A DNA stretch of 39,669 nucleotides from an uncultured Candidatus Sumerlaeota bacterium (GTDB taxonomy: Bacteria > CAYMEV01). The position numbers and the translations under genes are program-made. The notes beneath the pieces were generated by a model that was not told the DNA's origin, made no database searches, and saw only the letters and a program-made list of their open reading frames with translations. Below, in pieces: positions 18,171 through 27,931 of the stretch. How positions within the stretch are numbered: the first letter of the stretch is position 1; each line of letters opens with the position of its first letter. The stretch covers positions 1-39,669 of the forward strand of contig CAYMEV010000027.1 of assembly GCA_964389675.1 (NCBI GenBank), written 5' to 3'.

Positions 18171-19403
18171 CTATAGGGATTCGACCCTGATAGCTCCCAG
18201 GTTTTCCTTATAGATGCTGTCAATCTGATTCTTGACATCATCAAACTCACCTGATATTTCCATCTTTGTAACTTCACTCATATTGCCATAGATTACGCTT
18301 TGGATCTCCATCAGTGAAACCTGCTGGGGAGGTTTTGTAAGGGAGATCAGGTTGTTCCCGGGGCCGGACAGACCTATTATATTACCCTGTTTTAAGACCT
18401 CAACTGCCTTAACTGCAAAGAAATCCTTTCTCGATTTTATATCATTCATATCAAGATGCTCATTGGTCCTGTACAGGTTTTTCAGTTCCTTGAGGATCCT
18501 TATTACATGAATATATATGACCAGCCTGTTTTTTACTTCATCTAAATATATGCTGTCACTATACTTATGGTTATAATTGTCAATTGTATAGGTCAGGACA
18601 ACCCCGAACAGGACGAATGTCCAGGAAATATAGTTCCAGAGAAATAGAATTGGTATTGTTGACAGGGAACCATATATATTTTTATAAAATGGTACCTGGG
18701 ACATATAATAGATAAAGGCAATTTTTAATACCTCCCATAAAAACCCTGTAAAAACACTTGTTATAAATGCTGTTTTTACAGTGATCTTAGTGTTTGGCAT
18801 AAAATAATAAAAAATAAAAAAGACCGCTATCGTAATTGTTAAAGGGAACAGATAGAGTATGATCTTTTGTGTGAACGCAATATTTGATATATATGAGGCC
18901 AGGGCCAGTTCCACCTTTGTAGATATATAGAAGGACAAAAAAAGCAGGAGTGGCCCCCAGAATATTATGATGGTAAAAATGCTGAACCTGTCCCATATGC
19001 TTCTGTTAAATTTCTGGTAAAAGATCCTGTTGAATGCTGATTCGATGTTCAGGAACAGGAAAAGAACTGTAAGCATAAGGGCGATAAAGCCAATTATATT
19101 AAATGCCTCTGCCTTGGCTGTAAATTCTGTAAGATACTGGCTGATTATTCCCTGGTCCTGGTCTATAGGCATAAAATACTTAAGGATAAAGTTCTGAACA
19201 CTCTCAATGATCTGATCCTTCTTTCCAAACAATGTGATCATTGAGATAATTATTGTAAACAGGGGGACAAGGCCGATCAATGTCTGAAAGCTCAATGATG
19301 CAGCTTCAACCCCGCATCTGTCCCTGTAGAACTTCTTTACCGCAAACCTTAATATGTGGAATAGATAATTATATGTATTTTTAATTCTTTCCGAAATAAT
19401 CAT
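18171..19403 (-). CDS. YihY/BrkB family inner membrane protein with C-terminal soluble (winged-helix-like) extension
   Basis: Motifs AASLSFQTLIGLVPL, IESAFNRIF, YYFMPNTKI and IYGSLSTIPILFLWNYISW. Confidence 0.9.
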   Translation of the reverse strand: MIISERIKNTYNYLFHILRFAVKKFYRDRCGVEAASLSFQTLIGLVPLFTIIISMITLFGKKDQIIESVQNFILKYFMPIDQDQGIISQYLTEFTAKAEAFNIIGFIALMLTVLFLFLNIESAFNRIFYQKFNRSIWDRFSIFTIIIFWGPLLLFLSFYISTKVELALASYISNIAFTQKIILYLFPLTITIAVFFIFYYFMPNTKITVKTAFITSVFTGFLWEVLKIAFIYYMSQVPFYKNIYGSLSTIPILFLWNYISWTFVLFGVVLTYTIDNYNHKYSDSIYLDEVKNRLVIYIHVIRILKELKNLYRTNEHLDMNDIKSRKDFFAVKAVEVLKQGNIIGLSGPGNNLISLTKPPQQVSLMEIQSVIYGNMSEVTKMEISGEFDDVKNQIDSIYKENLGAIRVESL

Positions 19404-20922
19404 TATATCTCCTCTTTACAAACCATCTTAATTTTTTTGCATAGAACGCAGGATCATAAAACAGCCTCCTGAACAAGTTTGCTTTATAGTTCTGTATCTT
19501 TGTGGAAAACCTCCTGTTATATGAAAATACATAATTCCCTATCATATCCGCAAGGCTGGCAAATTCCTTAAAATCAACATTCAGCATATAGTGCCCATCA
19601 GGATACATCGGGAAATTATCCCATGAAGCATCCCTTGATATTATACCCTTTTCTATCAGATAATCATATAAAAATGCACCCGGCTGAGGTTCAAAAATAT
19701 TGAAGCCGATCCTGGATGGATTTATGCTTTTTATGTAGTCATATGTTTCCATGATCTGCTCCTCACTTTCATCAGGGAACCCAATTATAAAGAATGTACC
19801 TACAGGAATATTATTCTTCTGAACCAGCTCAATTGACCTTTTTGCCCTTTCAAGGTCCAGGTCCTTTTTTATGATCCTTGCCGTTTCCTTTGAACCTGTC
19901 TCTATCCCAAAATGCAGGTGTATGCATCTTGCCTTCTTCATTAGCCTTATTATTTCTTTTTCAATAAGGTCCGCCCTGGTCATTGTACCCCAGAAAAAAG
20001 GTATATTATTGTCTATTATCTTTTCACAGAGCCTTGATATCGTATCCTTCCTGATCGTAAAACTGTCATCAACAAATGTAAAATGGTTTATCCGCATGTC
20101 CCTGATCCGAAAATTTATCTCTTCTATTATATTTTCAATAGACCTGTACCTTACCCTGTTTTTCCAGAAAGTCCTGGAAGAACAGAATCCGCACCTGTAA
20201 GGACAGCCCCTCGAGGCAAGTATATTGCCCATAAACATTCCCTGGTACCTTTCTTTGAAAGCAAGGTTGTTAAAATCAGGAAATGGAATATCATCAAGAT
20301 CTGGTATATGCTCATTTTCCGGGTTAATAACCGCATCCCCGGCATCATTCCTGTAAGCTATCCCTCTTATTTTCTCAAGGTTCTTCGCCTCAGCTGATTT
20401 TGAGGAGAGTGCATCACATAAAAGGCTGAATGTCCTTTCACCTTCTCCAAGAACAAGATAATCGACATAAGGATAGCTCCCGAGCACAGATTCCGGAAGA
20501 AAGGTAGGGTGAGGCCCGCCCCATATTATCGGAAGGTCAGGGTTATACTGCCTGCATATCTCGGTGATCATGCCGGCAGCTCCGGCTTCATTGCTTAAAA
20601 CAGATATTCCAACTATATCAGGGACATAATCATTCAGCAGTCTCTTGAATTCATCCAGTGATTCGTGTTTTCTGCTCTTTAACAGCACATTATAGTCCAT
20701 ATAGCTCTTATGGCGGTTCCTATAGAGGACAGATTCCTCAATTCCGTTGATATATCTGGCATCCACAACATCACCGTTATATATAAGCGTCTGGTATCCT
20801 TTTTGAGCCATGTAGGAAGAAAGGTATGCAAGCCCCATAGGTATATAGGGATAGTCATTGATCCCGCGGAGCCTCTTATAGGGAGGCTTAACCAGCAGAA
20901 TTCTCGGCCTGGATGAAGCCAT
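19381..20922 (-). CDS. B12-binding domain radical SAM protein
   Basis: N-terminal cobalamin-binding domain (PMGLAYL, WGGPHPT, GEGE), with SRGCPYRCGFC and FTFVDDSF. Confidence 0.93.
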   Translation of the reverse strand: MASSRPRILLVKPPYKRLRGINDYPYIPMGLAYLSSYMAQKGYQTLIYNGDVVDARYINGIEESVLYRNRHKSYMDYNVLLKSRKHESLDEFKRLLNDYVPDIVGISVLSNEAGAAGMITEICRQYNPDLPIIWGGPHPTFLPESVLGSYPYVDYLVLGEGERTFSLLCDALSSKSAEAKNLEKIRGIAYRNDAGDAVINPENEHIPDLDDIPFPDFNNLAFKERYQGMFMGNILASRGCPYRCGFCSSRTFWKNRVRYRSIENIIEEINFRIRDMRINHFTFVDDSFTIRKDTISRLCEKIIDNNIPFFWGTMTRADLIEKEIIRLMKKARCIHLHFGIETGSKETARIIKKDLDLERAKRSIELVQKNNIPVGTFFIIGFPDESEEQIMETYDYIKSINPSRIGFNIFEPQPGAFLYDYLIEKGIISRDASWDNFPMYPDGHYMLNVDFKEFASLADMIGNYVFSYNRRFSTKIQNYKANLFRRLFYDPAFYAKKLRWFVKRRYNDYFGKN

Positions 20923-20924
20923 TC

Positions 20925-22484
20925 CTACCTGACCCTTGCAAGATAGCTATAAATTCGGTTTATATCACCCTTCAGCAAAGCTTTCAAACCCTTCACCATC
21001 AATTCTGATGAATCTATAATACCCATAAACATTCTGATTGCAAACTTAAAACAGCTTTTGGAAAACAGCTTTATAAAAATCCTGTTACCAAGAAATCTTA
21101 CAAGCATGGCAGGAATATAATATTTCCCTGAGAGGTAGAAAAGAAAATTGATATAACTGATCTCAGGAGTGATTAGGTTTTTCCTGTATATCTGCTTTTT
21201 CTCATCATAAAGAACGCCGTCCTTTTTACCTTTGACATAAAGTAATGTCCCGGGGAATAGAACGAGAGAAGCCCTTTTCAGCCAGAATGGCTTCGGGATA
21301 TCAAGCAGGAAATCAAGGGTCTTTTTCTTATCATCCAGTGTTTCCCATGGATTATCCAGGATCACATGGTAGCATGGGTGATTCATTCTCTTTTTGTACC
21401 TGTTTATAAGGTAAATGGTATCTTTTAATTTATTTTCATTAACCTTTCTTTTGTAGAGCTTCTGGGTTTTTTCCGCAAGGGACTGTATACCCATCTCTAT
21501 ATAATACAATCCGCTTTCCAGCAGATCGATCAATAGATCTTCATCCATATTATCAGGCGCTATCTGGATCTGAAACGGCATTCCGATCAGTTTCCTGTAT
21601 TTTGCGCAAAAATCGTGTATCTCTTCTTTGGGCCTGGAAGTAAAAACATCATCAAAAATATTTATTACCCCTATATCAGAGAATTCATTAATTAAAAGCA
21701 ATATCCTGTCTATGATCCTGTCAATCGTCTCAAACCTGAGGTATCTGCTTGACGGAGTTAAAGCCCTGAGAGTGCTGTTTGCGCAATAGGTACAGCTGTA
21801 GGGGCATCCTCTTGATGTGTATATTTTGATCGATCTTAGAGCCCTCTTATTAAAGGGCCTTTCATACATCAGGGTATTGCAGAACATTTCTGCAGTAAGA
21901 GGCTCAACTGTACCCTTCCTCATATCAAGGATATAAGAGTCCTGAAGGCTATAATCCATGTAGGGCAGGGTGTTTATATCTTCTATGAGAGGCTCCTGGC
22001 CGTGATAGGCAATCTCCCCTTTCCCTGTCTTATAATATACATTTCTTATTTGAGGATCTTTTTTGCCTTCACTTATTGCTTCTGCAAGATTCAGAAATGC
22101 ATTCTCTCCTTCACCGCATACGACATAATCAGCATACTCAAGACACTTCACAGGCAATACAGTCGGGTGTATGCCCCCCCAGACAATACATTTATTGATA
22201 GACCTTAGAAATTCTGTAAGCGCAAGGGCCCTGTCATAATAATTGCTCATAAAGGATATACCCGCAATATCTGTACCGCTTAGAATAGCCTCAATGCTTT
22301 CAAGAATTTTTCTATCATAGGTATATATATAATCAGGGTTATACTTAAAATGTTCAACGCCCCCGGGAAGGAATATCTTGATTACCCTGTATCCCTTTGA
22401 TTTCATATAGGCAGACAGCGACCTTATTCCGAATTCAGATATATCCGGGGGCCCGGTAGAGATTAGTGCAATGCTTCCTGACAT
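20925..22484 (-). CDS. B12-binding domain radical SAM protein
   Basis: Motifs FGIRSLSAY, WGGIHPT, GEGE, TSRGCPYSCTYC and IFDDVF. Confidence 0.93.
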   Translation of the reverse strand: MSGSIALISTGPPDISEFGIRSLSAYMKSKGYRVIKIFLPGGVEHFKYNPDYIYTYDRKILESIEAILSGTDIAGISFMSNYYDRALALTEFLRSINKCIVWGGIHPTVLPVKCLEYADYVVCGEGENAFLNLAEAISEGKKDPQIRNVYYKTGKGEIAYHGQEPLIEDINTLPYMDYSLQDSYILDMRKGTVEPLTAEMFCNTLMYERPFNKRALRSIKIYTSRGCPYSCTYCANSTLRALTPSSRYLRFETIDRIIDRILLLINEFSDIGVINIFDDVFTSRPKEEIHDFCAKYRKLIGMPFQIQIAPDNMDEDLLIDLLESGLYYIEMGIQSLAEKTQKLYKRKVNENKLKDTIYLINRYKKRMNHPCYHVILDNPWETLDDKKKTLDFLLDIPKPFWLKRASLVLFPGTLLYVKGKKDGVLYDEKKQIYRKNLITPEISYINFLFYLSGKYYIPAMLVRFLGNRIFIKLFSKSCFKFAIRMFMGIIDSSELMVKGLKALLKGDINRIYSYLARVR

Positions 22485-22487
22485 TGC

Positions 22488-23504
22488 TTAATCGGTCAGG
22501 CTTTCAAATTTATTCAGAAAATATTCTTTAAGCCCATTTTCCTCTAACATGAGAATGACTCCGTCCATATCATCCAGTTTGCCTGAAATAACGGAAGAGT
22601 CCTCAATACCCATTACAGCTGCTGCTGTGGATAGCCCATCAGATAAAGCAGCACTGTCTGTGACTATGGAGACTGCAATTCTATGGTCGACAGGATATCC
22701 GCTTTTAGGATCGATTATATGCGACAGGACCTGCCCGTCCTTTGAAATATAGTTATAATAACTTGCTGATGTCGATATGCCTTTGTTTGCAACCCTTATG
22801 ACCTTATACGGTTTTCCACCACCGCCAGGGTCCTTGATCCCGACCCGCCATAAAAAGCCATCTTCATCCAGGTTTGAGGCATATACATTACCGCCCAGGT
22901 TCACAAGGAACTTCCTGCACCCCTTTTTGATCAGATATCTGCTCATCCTGTCAATGGCAAATCCCTTCCCTATACCGCCGAAATCCAGCTGAACCCATGC
23001 CTTTTTTGTTACAATCCTGAGGTTCCTGTCGAACTGGATCTTATCAAGCCCGACATTCTTCAATATCTCTCTTATTTCGCTGTCAGAAGGAATTTCTGTC
23101 TCACCTGTGCCATAGAACCCCCACCTCTCAACCAATGGCTTCACAGTGGGGTCAAAAGACCCTTCAGATATATTATATACATCATAGGAAAGCGAAAGCA
23201 GTTCGGCAAAATCTTCACTTACAGAGTAAATACCCTCTTTTTCCCTGTTAAACCTGGATAGTTCACTGCTATCATTATAAAGGGAAAATTTCTGCTCAAG
23301 CTCTTTTCCAATATTATATGCCTGGTCAATGGCAGATATGATATCATCTTCCGATAAGGGGCCATATTCACGTACTTTAATCTCGAGAAAGGTACCCATC
23401 AGCATATAGCTCTTTTCAATATCTCTGTTCGGGGCCCGGCAGGAATATATAATGAAAATAAAAGTAATGGAAATCAAAGCCCTGATGATCTTACTGGTTT
23501 TCAA
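22488..23504 (-). CDS. apbE: FAD:protein FMN transferase (lipoprotein)
   Basis: Lipobox IYSC, with LMGT, GSFDPTVKPL, LDFGGIGKGFAID, NLGGN, STSASY, HIIDPKSG and SDGLSTA. TTG start. Confidence 0.95.
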   Translation of the reverse strand: MKTSKIIRALISITFIFIIYSCRAPNRDIEKSYMLMGTFLEIKVREYGPLSEDDIISAIDQAYNIGKELEQKFSLYNDSSELSRFNREKEGIYSVSEDFAELLSLSYDVYNISEGSFDPTVKPLVERWGFYGTGETEIPSDSEIREILKNVGLDKIQFDRNLRIVTKKAWVQLDFGGIGKGFAIDRMSRYLIKKGCRKFLVNLGGNVYASNLDEDGFLWRVGIKDPGGGGKPYKVIRVANKGISTSASYYNYISKDGQVLSHIIDPKSGYPVDHRIAVSIVTDSAALSDGLSTAAAVMGIEDSSVISGKLDDMDGVILMLEENGLKEYFLNKFESLTD

Positions 23505-25038
23505 GATGAAAAAGCCCTTCAGAAATATATTCGGTCAGATCTCTTGCCATAAGAGATCTTTCATTATATTCATCAGCTGAGAGGGTGGCTGCCAGCTTAT
23601 GAAGATAGGCTCCTGCAAGGGAGGAGTCTATCAATGAAAGGCCATTTGCAGCCAATGCCCCTATAATACCGGTCAGCACATCACCTGAACCTCCTTTTGC
23701 AAGCTGAGGGCAATCCCCTTCAATACAGTAGGTTTCACGCCCCCTGTCACAGATGAAGGTCGTTGCACCCTTCGAAACCGTGACCGCATCAAATTCCCTG
23801 CTGAGGTCAGCTGTATGTGCTGTAATGTTTTTCAATATATCCTCTGCAGTTTTTTTACTGAAGAAACGTGACAGCTCTCCGGGGTGAGGAGTAAGGATTA
23901 TTTCCCTCTCTGCCAGGAAGCTGAATCTTCCCCTGTCTTTCGATATGATATTCAATGCATCTGCATCTAATACCGCGGGTTTATTTAAGCCTTTTAACAA
24001 TTCATAAAGAAAATCCGATGTGCTTTCAGAGACTCCAAGACCAGGTCCGATCGCATAAACGGAAAATCTATCAGCCTGATCAAGCAGGGTATGTACGCCC
24101 CTGCTGCTGATAAATCCATTCTCATCCTCTTCAAGGTGTACAGCCATTGTTTCAAACAAAGAGGCATTAACCATATCAGCTGCTGATCTGATAGTGGCAA
24201 TTGAAACAAGGCCAGCCCCGCTTCTCAATGCAGCCAGCCCTGACATCATTACAGCGCCAAGTTTTCCCCTTGATCCGCCTATTATGCATAAATGGCCGTA
24301 ATCTCCCTTATGTGAGTCATTTTCTCTCCTTATAATCATTTTTCTAATATCATGCTCTTCAATCAGGATTATCGATCTTTTGCTGTCCAGCAGACTGCCC
24401 GGGATACCGATGTCCGCCCTTATAAGTCTGCCTCTGTGCTTCTTTCCCGGATATATGAAGTGCCCGGTCTTTGAATATGCAAATGTAACTGTCAGATCAG
24501 CCCTGACAGCTTCTCCAAGGACCTGTCCGCTGTTTCCGTCTATCCCTGATGGTATATCCACTGATACAACTGTTTTTCCTGATCTGTTAATAAATTCAAT
24601 AATTTTTGTATAAGGCTCCCTTAAAAGCGAATTGATACCTGTACCAAATATTGCATCAACGATCAGGTCAGACCTGCCGATCTCATCTTCAATGCCCTCT
24701 AACTCATCAAGATATTTTATATTAATGCCAAGTTTTTTAATTATGCTGAAATTAACCCCGGCATCACCGCCTGGAAGATAATTCTTCTGGAATGTACAGA
24801 ATACAGCTATATCCAGTCCCGCATTAAAGAGCATGCGTGCAGCCACATATCCATCCCCGCCATTATTGCCCTTGCCGCATATCACCATGATCCTTCTTTT
24901 ATCAGGATAGAGCTGTTCTATAGCTTTCACAACTGCATTTCCGGCATTCTCCATAAGGACAATACCTGGCAGACCAATATCTTCAATGGCTTGCCTGTCA
25001 ATTTCCTTCATTCCGGAAGGATTAATGAGATACTGCAT
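23491..25038 (-). CDS. nnr: Bifunctional NAD(P)H-hydrate epimerase/dehydratase (YjeF)
   Basis: Motifs LMENAG, CGKGNNGGDG, DAIFGTG, VDIPSG, SHKGDYG, IGPGLG, LDADAL, TPHPGE and GGSGDVLTG. Confidence 0.97.
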   Translation of the reverse strand: MQYLINPSGMKEIDRQAIEDIGLPGIVLMENAGNAVVKAIEQLYPDKRRIMVICGKGNNGGDGYVAARMLFNAGLDIAVFCTFQKNYLPGGDAGVNFSIIKKLGINIKYLDELEGIEDEIGRSDLIVDAIFGTGINSLLREPYTKIIEFINRSGKTVVSVDIPSGIDGNSGQVLGEAVRADLTVTFAYSKTGHFIYPGKKHRGRLIRADIGIPGSLLDSKRSIILIEEHDIRKMIIRRENDSHKGDYGHLCIIGGSRGKLGAVMMSGLAALRSGAGLVSIATIRSAADMVNASLFETMAVHLEEDENGFISSRGVHTLLDQADRFSVYAIGPGLGVSESTSDFLYELLKGLNKPAVLDADALNIISKDRGRFSFLAEREIILTPHPGELSRFFSKKTAEDILKNITAHTADLSREFDAVTVSKGATTFICDRGRETYCIEGDCPQLAKGGSGDVLTGIIGALAANGLSLIDSSLAGAYLHKLAATLSADEYNERSLMARDLTEYISEGLFHLENQ

Positions 25039-25044
25039 CTAACT

Positions 25045-25380
25045 CTACAGGAGTGCTAAGGCTTCTTCTTCCGACTGCACTATATCCAGCACATTTATGA
25101 GCTTTGTAACTGTAAAAAGCTCAATATTGCTTCCCTTGTGGGCAATGAGGACCAGTTTCCCATTATTGTTCAGAAGGCTGGTATGAGCAGCCACGATCTC
25201 TCCGATTGCAGAACTGTCAAGATATTTTACTCCCGATATATCCACAAGGATCTTTAATTTCCCTTCAGAGATAAGCTTCGAGATCGTATTTTTGATCTTC
25301 AGGTCGCCTTCGCTTATTCTAAATCTTCCCTTCAGGACAAGCAGGGGATAATTATTGAGTGTTTTTACTTCTATATTCAT
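25045..25380 (-). CDS. STAS domain anti-sigma factor antagonist
   Basis: ILVDISGVKYLDSSAIGEIV, containing the phosphorylatable DSS motif. SD GGAGG. Confidence 0.92.
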   Translation of the reverse strand: MNIEVKTLNNYPLLVLKGRFRISEGDLKIKNTISKLISEGKLKILVDISGVKYLDSSAIGEIVAAHTSLLNNNGKLVLIAHKGSNIELFTVTKLINVLDIVQSEEEALALL

Positions 25381-25419
25381 TTTAAGCCTCCGTTAGAAAT
25401 TTTTCAGATTCATATAAAA

Positions 25420-25448
25420 CCTATATCATAAAAATATCTTTTATGCAA
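25420..25448 (-). promoter_or_regulatory. Putative internal sigma70 promoter for STAS-nnr-apbE-radical SAM-yihY
   Basis: The minus strand reads TTGCAT-N17-TATAGG, with an extended TG one base upstream of the -10. Confidence 0.45.
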
Positions 25449-25467
25449 AATGAATTAATAAACAGCA

Positions 25468-25968
25468 TTATTTATTGAGGGCTTCATCATTATATTTCTT
25501 CATGGTCCTTAATAACCCGTTCTTTATTGCCTGACAGCTCAGCGTGGCACCGGAGATCACATCCGCCCCGGCTGTTCCGCCAGCTTCTTTCAGGTCGTCA
25601 ATAAATCCAGAATCTATAATATATTCAATAAACCCGTCAGTATCATTATGGTCTGCGATGATGACCTCAGATATGGCATTATCGCTGTTAAGAAGTATTG
25701 CAAGATGTATAAGGCCATTATACCCTTTTTCTGATGTATCCATCTTTTCTGACAGAAGCATGTGAAAGACCGATCCATTGTTTTTTATCTCATAGTAGGT
25801 AAATGGTTCATTGATTTCACGAATTGAGATATCATTTAAATCAAACCACTCTGAAACAATCTTTTTGACTTGAGTCATCCCCCCCTCAGCGCCTTCCCCG
25901 CTATAGAGGCATAAAACCGGAAAGGCCATGATAATCAGGATCAACATGATCTCTCTTTTTCTTATCAC
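25468..25968 (-). CDS. Exported FMN-binding domain protein (flavinylation substrate)
   Basis: Signal peptide, KGYNGLIHLAI..HNDT, and the flavinylation motif ADVISGATLS. Confidence 0.88.
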   Translation of the reverse strand: MIRKREIMLILIIMAFPVLCLYSGEGAEGGMTQVKKIVSEWFDLNDISIREINEPFTYYEIKNNGSVFHMLLSEKMDTSEKGYNGLIHLAILLNSDNAISEVIIADHNDTDGFIEYIIDSGFIDDLKEAGGTAGADVISGATLSCQAIKNGLLRTMKKYNDEALNK

Positions 25969-26678
25969 TGCTTTGACAATCTCCTCTTTAAGTTTTTTTC
26001 TGCATCGCTTGTCCTGATATAATCAGGCTCCAGGGAAAATATATCCTTGACGCTTATGGCTTTTTTATAGAGGTATATCAGTGCTTCTGCATTGTTTTCA
26101 GTATTCAGGAAAAGGGTTTTATACTGCCTTTCCCTGAGCCTTCTTTCTAAAGTTTCATCATCTGTCAGAACAATATGAGACCCTCTGTCCACAGCCTCTT
26201 CAAATTTATCAGCCTCAATCAGTTCAACTTCCCTGACTATCCTGAAACTTTCACTTTCAATGTATTTCCTTGATTGATCCACGCAGATAATACAATAAAA
26301 CAGCTCACCCCTTTTAGCATCCTTTGCGACTGCAAGGCTTTTTTTCTCAAGGCCAGGATTTGAAAGGACAGTCCGGAATACTGATCCATACAGGCTTTTG
26401 AGCGTGTAGACCGGTTTTTCACCTATATAGCTCAGCATTTTTGCAAATATAAAGCCCACCCTCAGGCCTGTAAAGCTGCCAGGCCCGCTGCCCAGCATTA
26501 TCGCATCGACATCTCTGCTGAAATCAATTGAATGACCTGACAGGAATCTGTCAAAGAGCTCAATTATATGTACTGATAATGCATCCTTTACTTCGTGCTC
26601 ATATTTGACAATTTCCCTCTCATTTTTATAGGCAAATGAAAGATTTGAGGCTGAAGTATCAAGTGCGAATATTCTCAT
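25965..26678 (-). CDS. tsaB: tRNA threonylcarbamoyladenosine biosynthesis protein TsaB
   Basis: Motifs IFALDTS, GSGPGSFTGLRVG, DAKRGELF and LEPDYIRTSDAE. Confidence 0.93.
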   Translation of the reverse strand: MRIFALDTSASNLSFAYKNEREIVKYEHEVKDALSVHIIELFDRFLSGHSIDFSRDVDAIMLGSGPGSFTGLRVGFIFAKMLSYIGEKPVYTLKSLYGSVFRTVLSNPGLEKKSLAVAKDAKRGELFYCIICVDQSRKYIESESFRIVREVELIEADKFEEAVDRGSHIVLTDDETLERRLRERQYKTLFLNTENNAEALIYLYKKAISVKDIFSLEPDYIRTSDAEKNLKRRLSKQ

Positions 26679-26679
26679 A

Positions 26680-27339
26680 TTATCCGCCTATAAATATATA
26701 ACCGTGCTTTGTCAGCCTGTAATAATAATTGCCCTGCCTTACTGGAAAAGAAGGCGATTCTGTATATTCCGCACTGCATCCTGAGTAACGGTATGCATAT
26801 TTTAGATATGACATCCATCGGCTCTGGGCTATAAAATCATAGTCCTCTGCTATTATATCCTTATTTGAAAATACCCTGGTCTTGCTCATTCTCTGGGATG
26901 ATATACCATAGAAACGGCTCAATCCTTCAGTATTGAATATTTTGATTCTCGGAACTACAGATAAGGCGATCAGCCTGATACTTTGCTCTGATCTCCCCAG
27001 AAAAAGCCTTTCTCCGTCCATATCAATATAATAACCCTCTTTTTCCCTGTGAATACTGAATGTTTCCCTTTCTGCACTTATATTCGGCTTAAAAAAAAGG
27101 CTTGAGACAGATGTTGCCAGCAGCAGGACCGATAAAAGGCCAAGAAGAACCGTTATGAAAAAATTCAGATATCCTCTCAAAAAGGACCTGAACCATAATG
27201 GATCCCTTATCTTAAAAAGGTGGTATGTCTGTTTTGATTTTTTGAGGGCATGCCCTGCTGCTTTGTAAAATATGTACAAAACAAGAAAGCACAGGATATA
27301 GACCGGATAAAAAGTATTGATATACTCAAATACGATCAT
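26680..27339 (-). CDS. Hypothetical membrane protein (two N-terminal TM helices and a beta-rich soluble domain)
   Basis: 219 aa ORF packed between coaE (14-nt overlap) and tsaB (1-nt gap), with two hydrophobic segments. Confidence 0.7.
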   Translation of the reverse strand: MIVFEYINTFYPVYILCFLVLYIFYKAAGHALKKSKQTYHLFKIRDPLWFRSFLRGYLNFFITVLLGLLSVLLLATSVSSLFFKPNISAERETFSIHREKEGYYIDMDGERLFLGRSEQSIRLIALSVVPRIKIFNTEGLSRFYGISSQRMSKTRVFSNKDIIAEDYDFIAQSRWMSYLKYAYRYSGCSAEYTESPSFPVRQGNYYYRLTKHGYIFIGG

Positions 27340-27925
27340 TTTTCAAGATACCATGCAGATCATAGATCTGTTTTTTTGTAAACTCCCTGTCAAAACTGTT
27401 ATCAATTATATAGTCCGACAGATAAACCTTCCTGTCCTGCAGGATCTGGCTCGACATCATAATTTCCGCCATTCTTTGATCGACCTTATTCCTTTTCATT
27501 AACCTCTCCATTCTAACCCTGTTACAGCAATATATCAATATTATAAATCCTGCTCCGGCAGGATTTTTCATCTCGAAATATAAAGGATTTATGCAGATGA
27601 TCTTATCATTATTGCTTATATTTCTTCTATATTCATCATTTATCTCATCTAATACAAATGGATGGGCAATTTCCTCGATTTTCTTTTTCAGATCCTTATC
27701 CCTGAATATAATATCACTGACAGCACTTTTTTTAATATTTCGGTCATGGTCCAGTATATGTTCTCCCAGTATCTTTATGTAAGAATCATAGAGGTAATTT
27801 CCCCTTAAAAGGGCTTTCCTCACAATATTATCAGCATCTATGATATAATACCCCAGCTCTGAGAGCAGATCTCCGCACATGCTCTTGCCGGAGCAGATAT
27901 TTCCCGTAATGACTGGAATTTGCAT
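27326..27925 (-). CDS. coaE: Dephospho-CoA kinase
   Basis: Motifs ITGNICSGKS, IIDADNIV, IEEIAHPFV, PLYFE, RLMKRN and SDYIIDNS. Confidence 0.93.
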   Translation of the reverse strand: MQIPVITGNICSGKSMCGDLLSELGYYIIDADNIVRKALLRGNYLYDSYIKILGEHILDHDRNIKKSAVSDIIFRDKDLKKKIEEIAHPFVLDEINDEYRRNISNNDKIICINPLYFEMKNPAGAGFIILIYCCNRVRMERLMKRNKVDQRMAEIMMSSQILQDRKVYLSDYIIDNSFDREFTKKQIYDLHGILKNDRI

Positions 27926-27931
27926 CTTTGA

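Noticed and set aside
19381..22484. RiPP/antibiotic cluster or cobalamin riboswitch associated with the radical SAM pair
   Set aside because: Intergenic gaps of 0-3 nt leave no room for a precursor peptide or riboswitch. No SPASM/RRE domain, peptidase or exporter is present.
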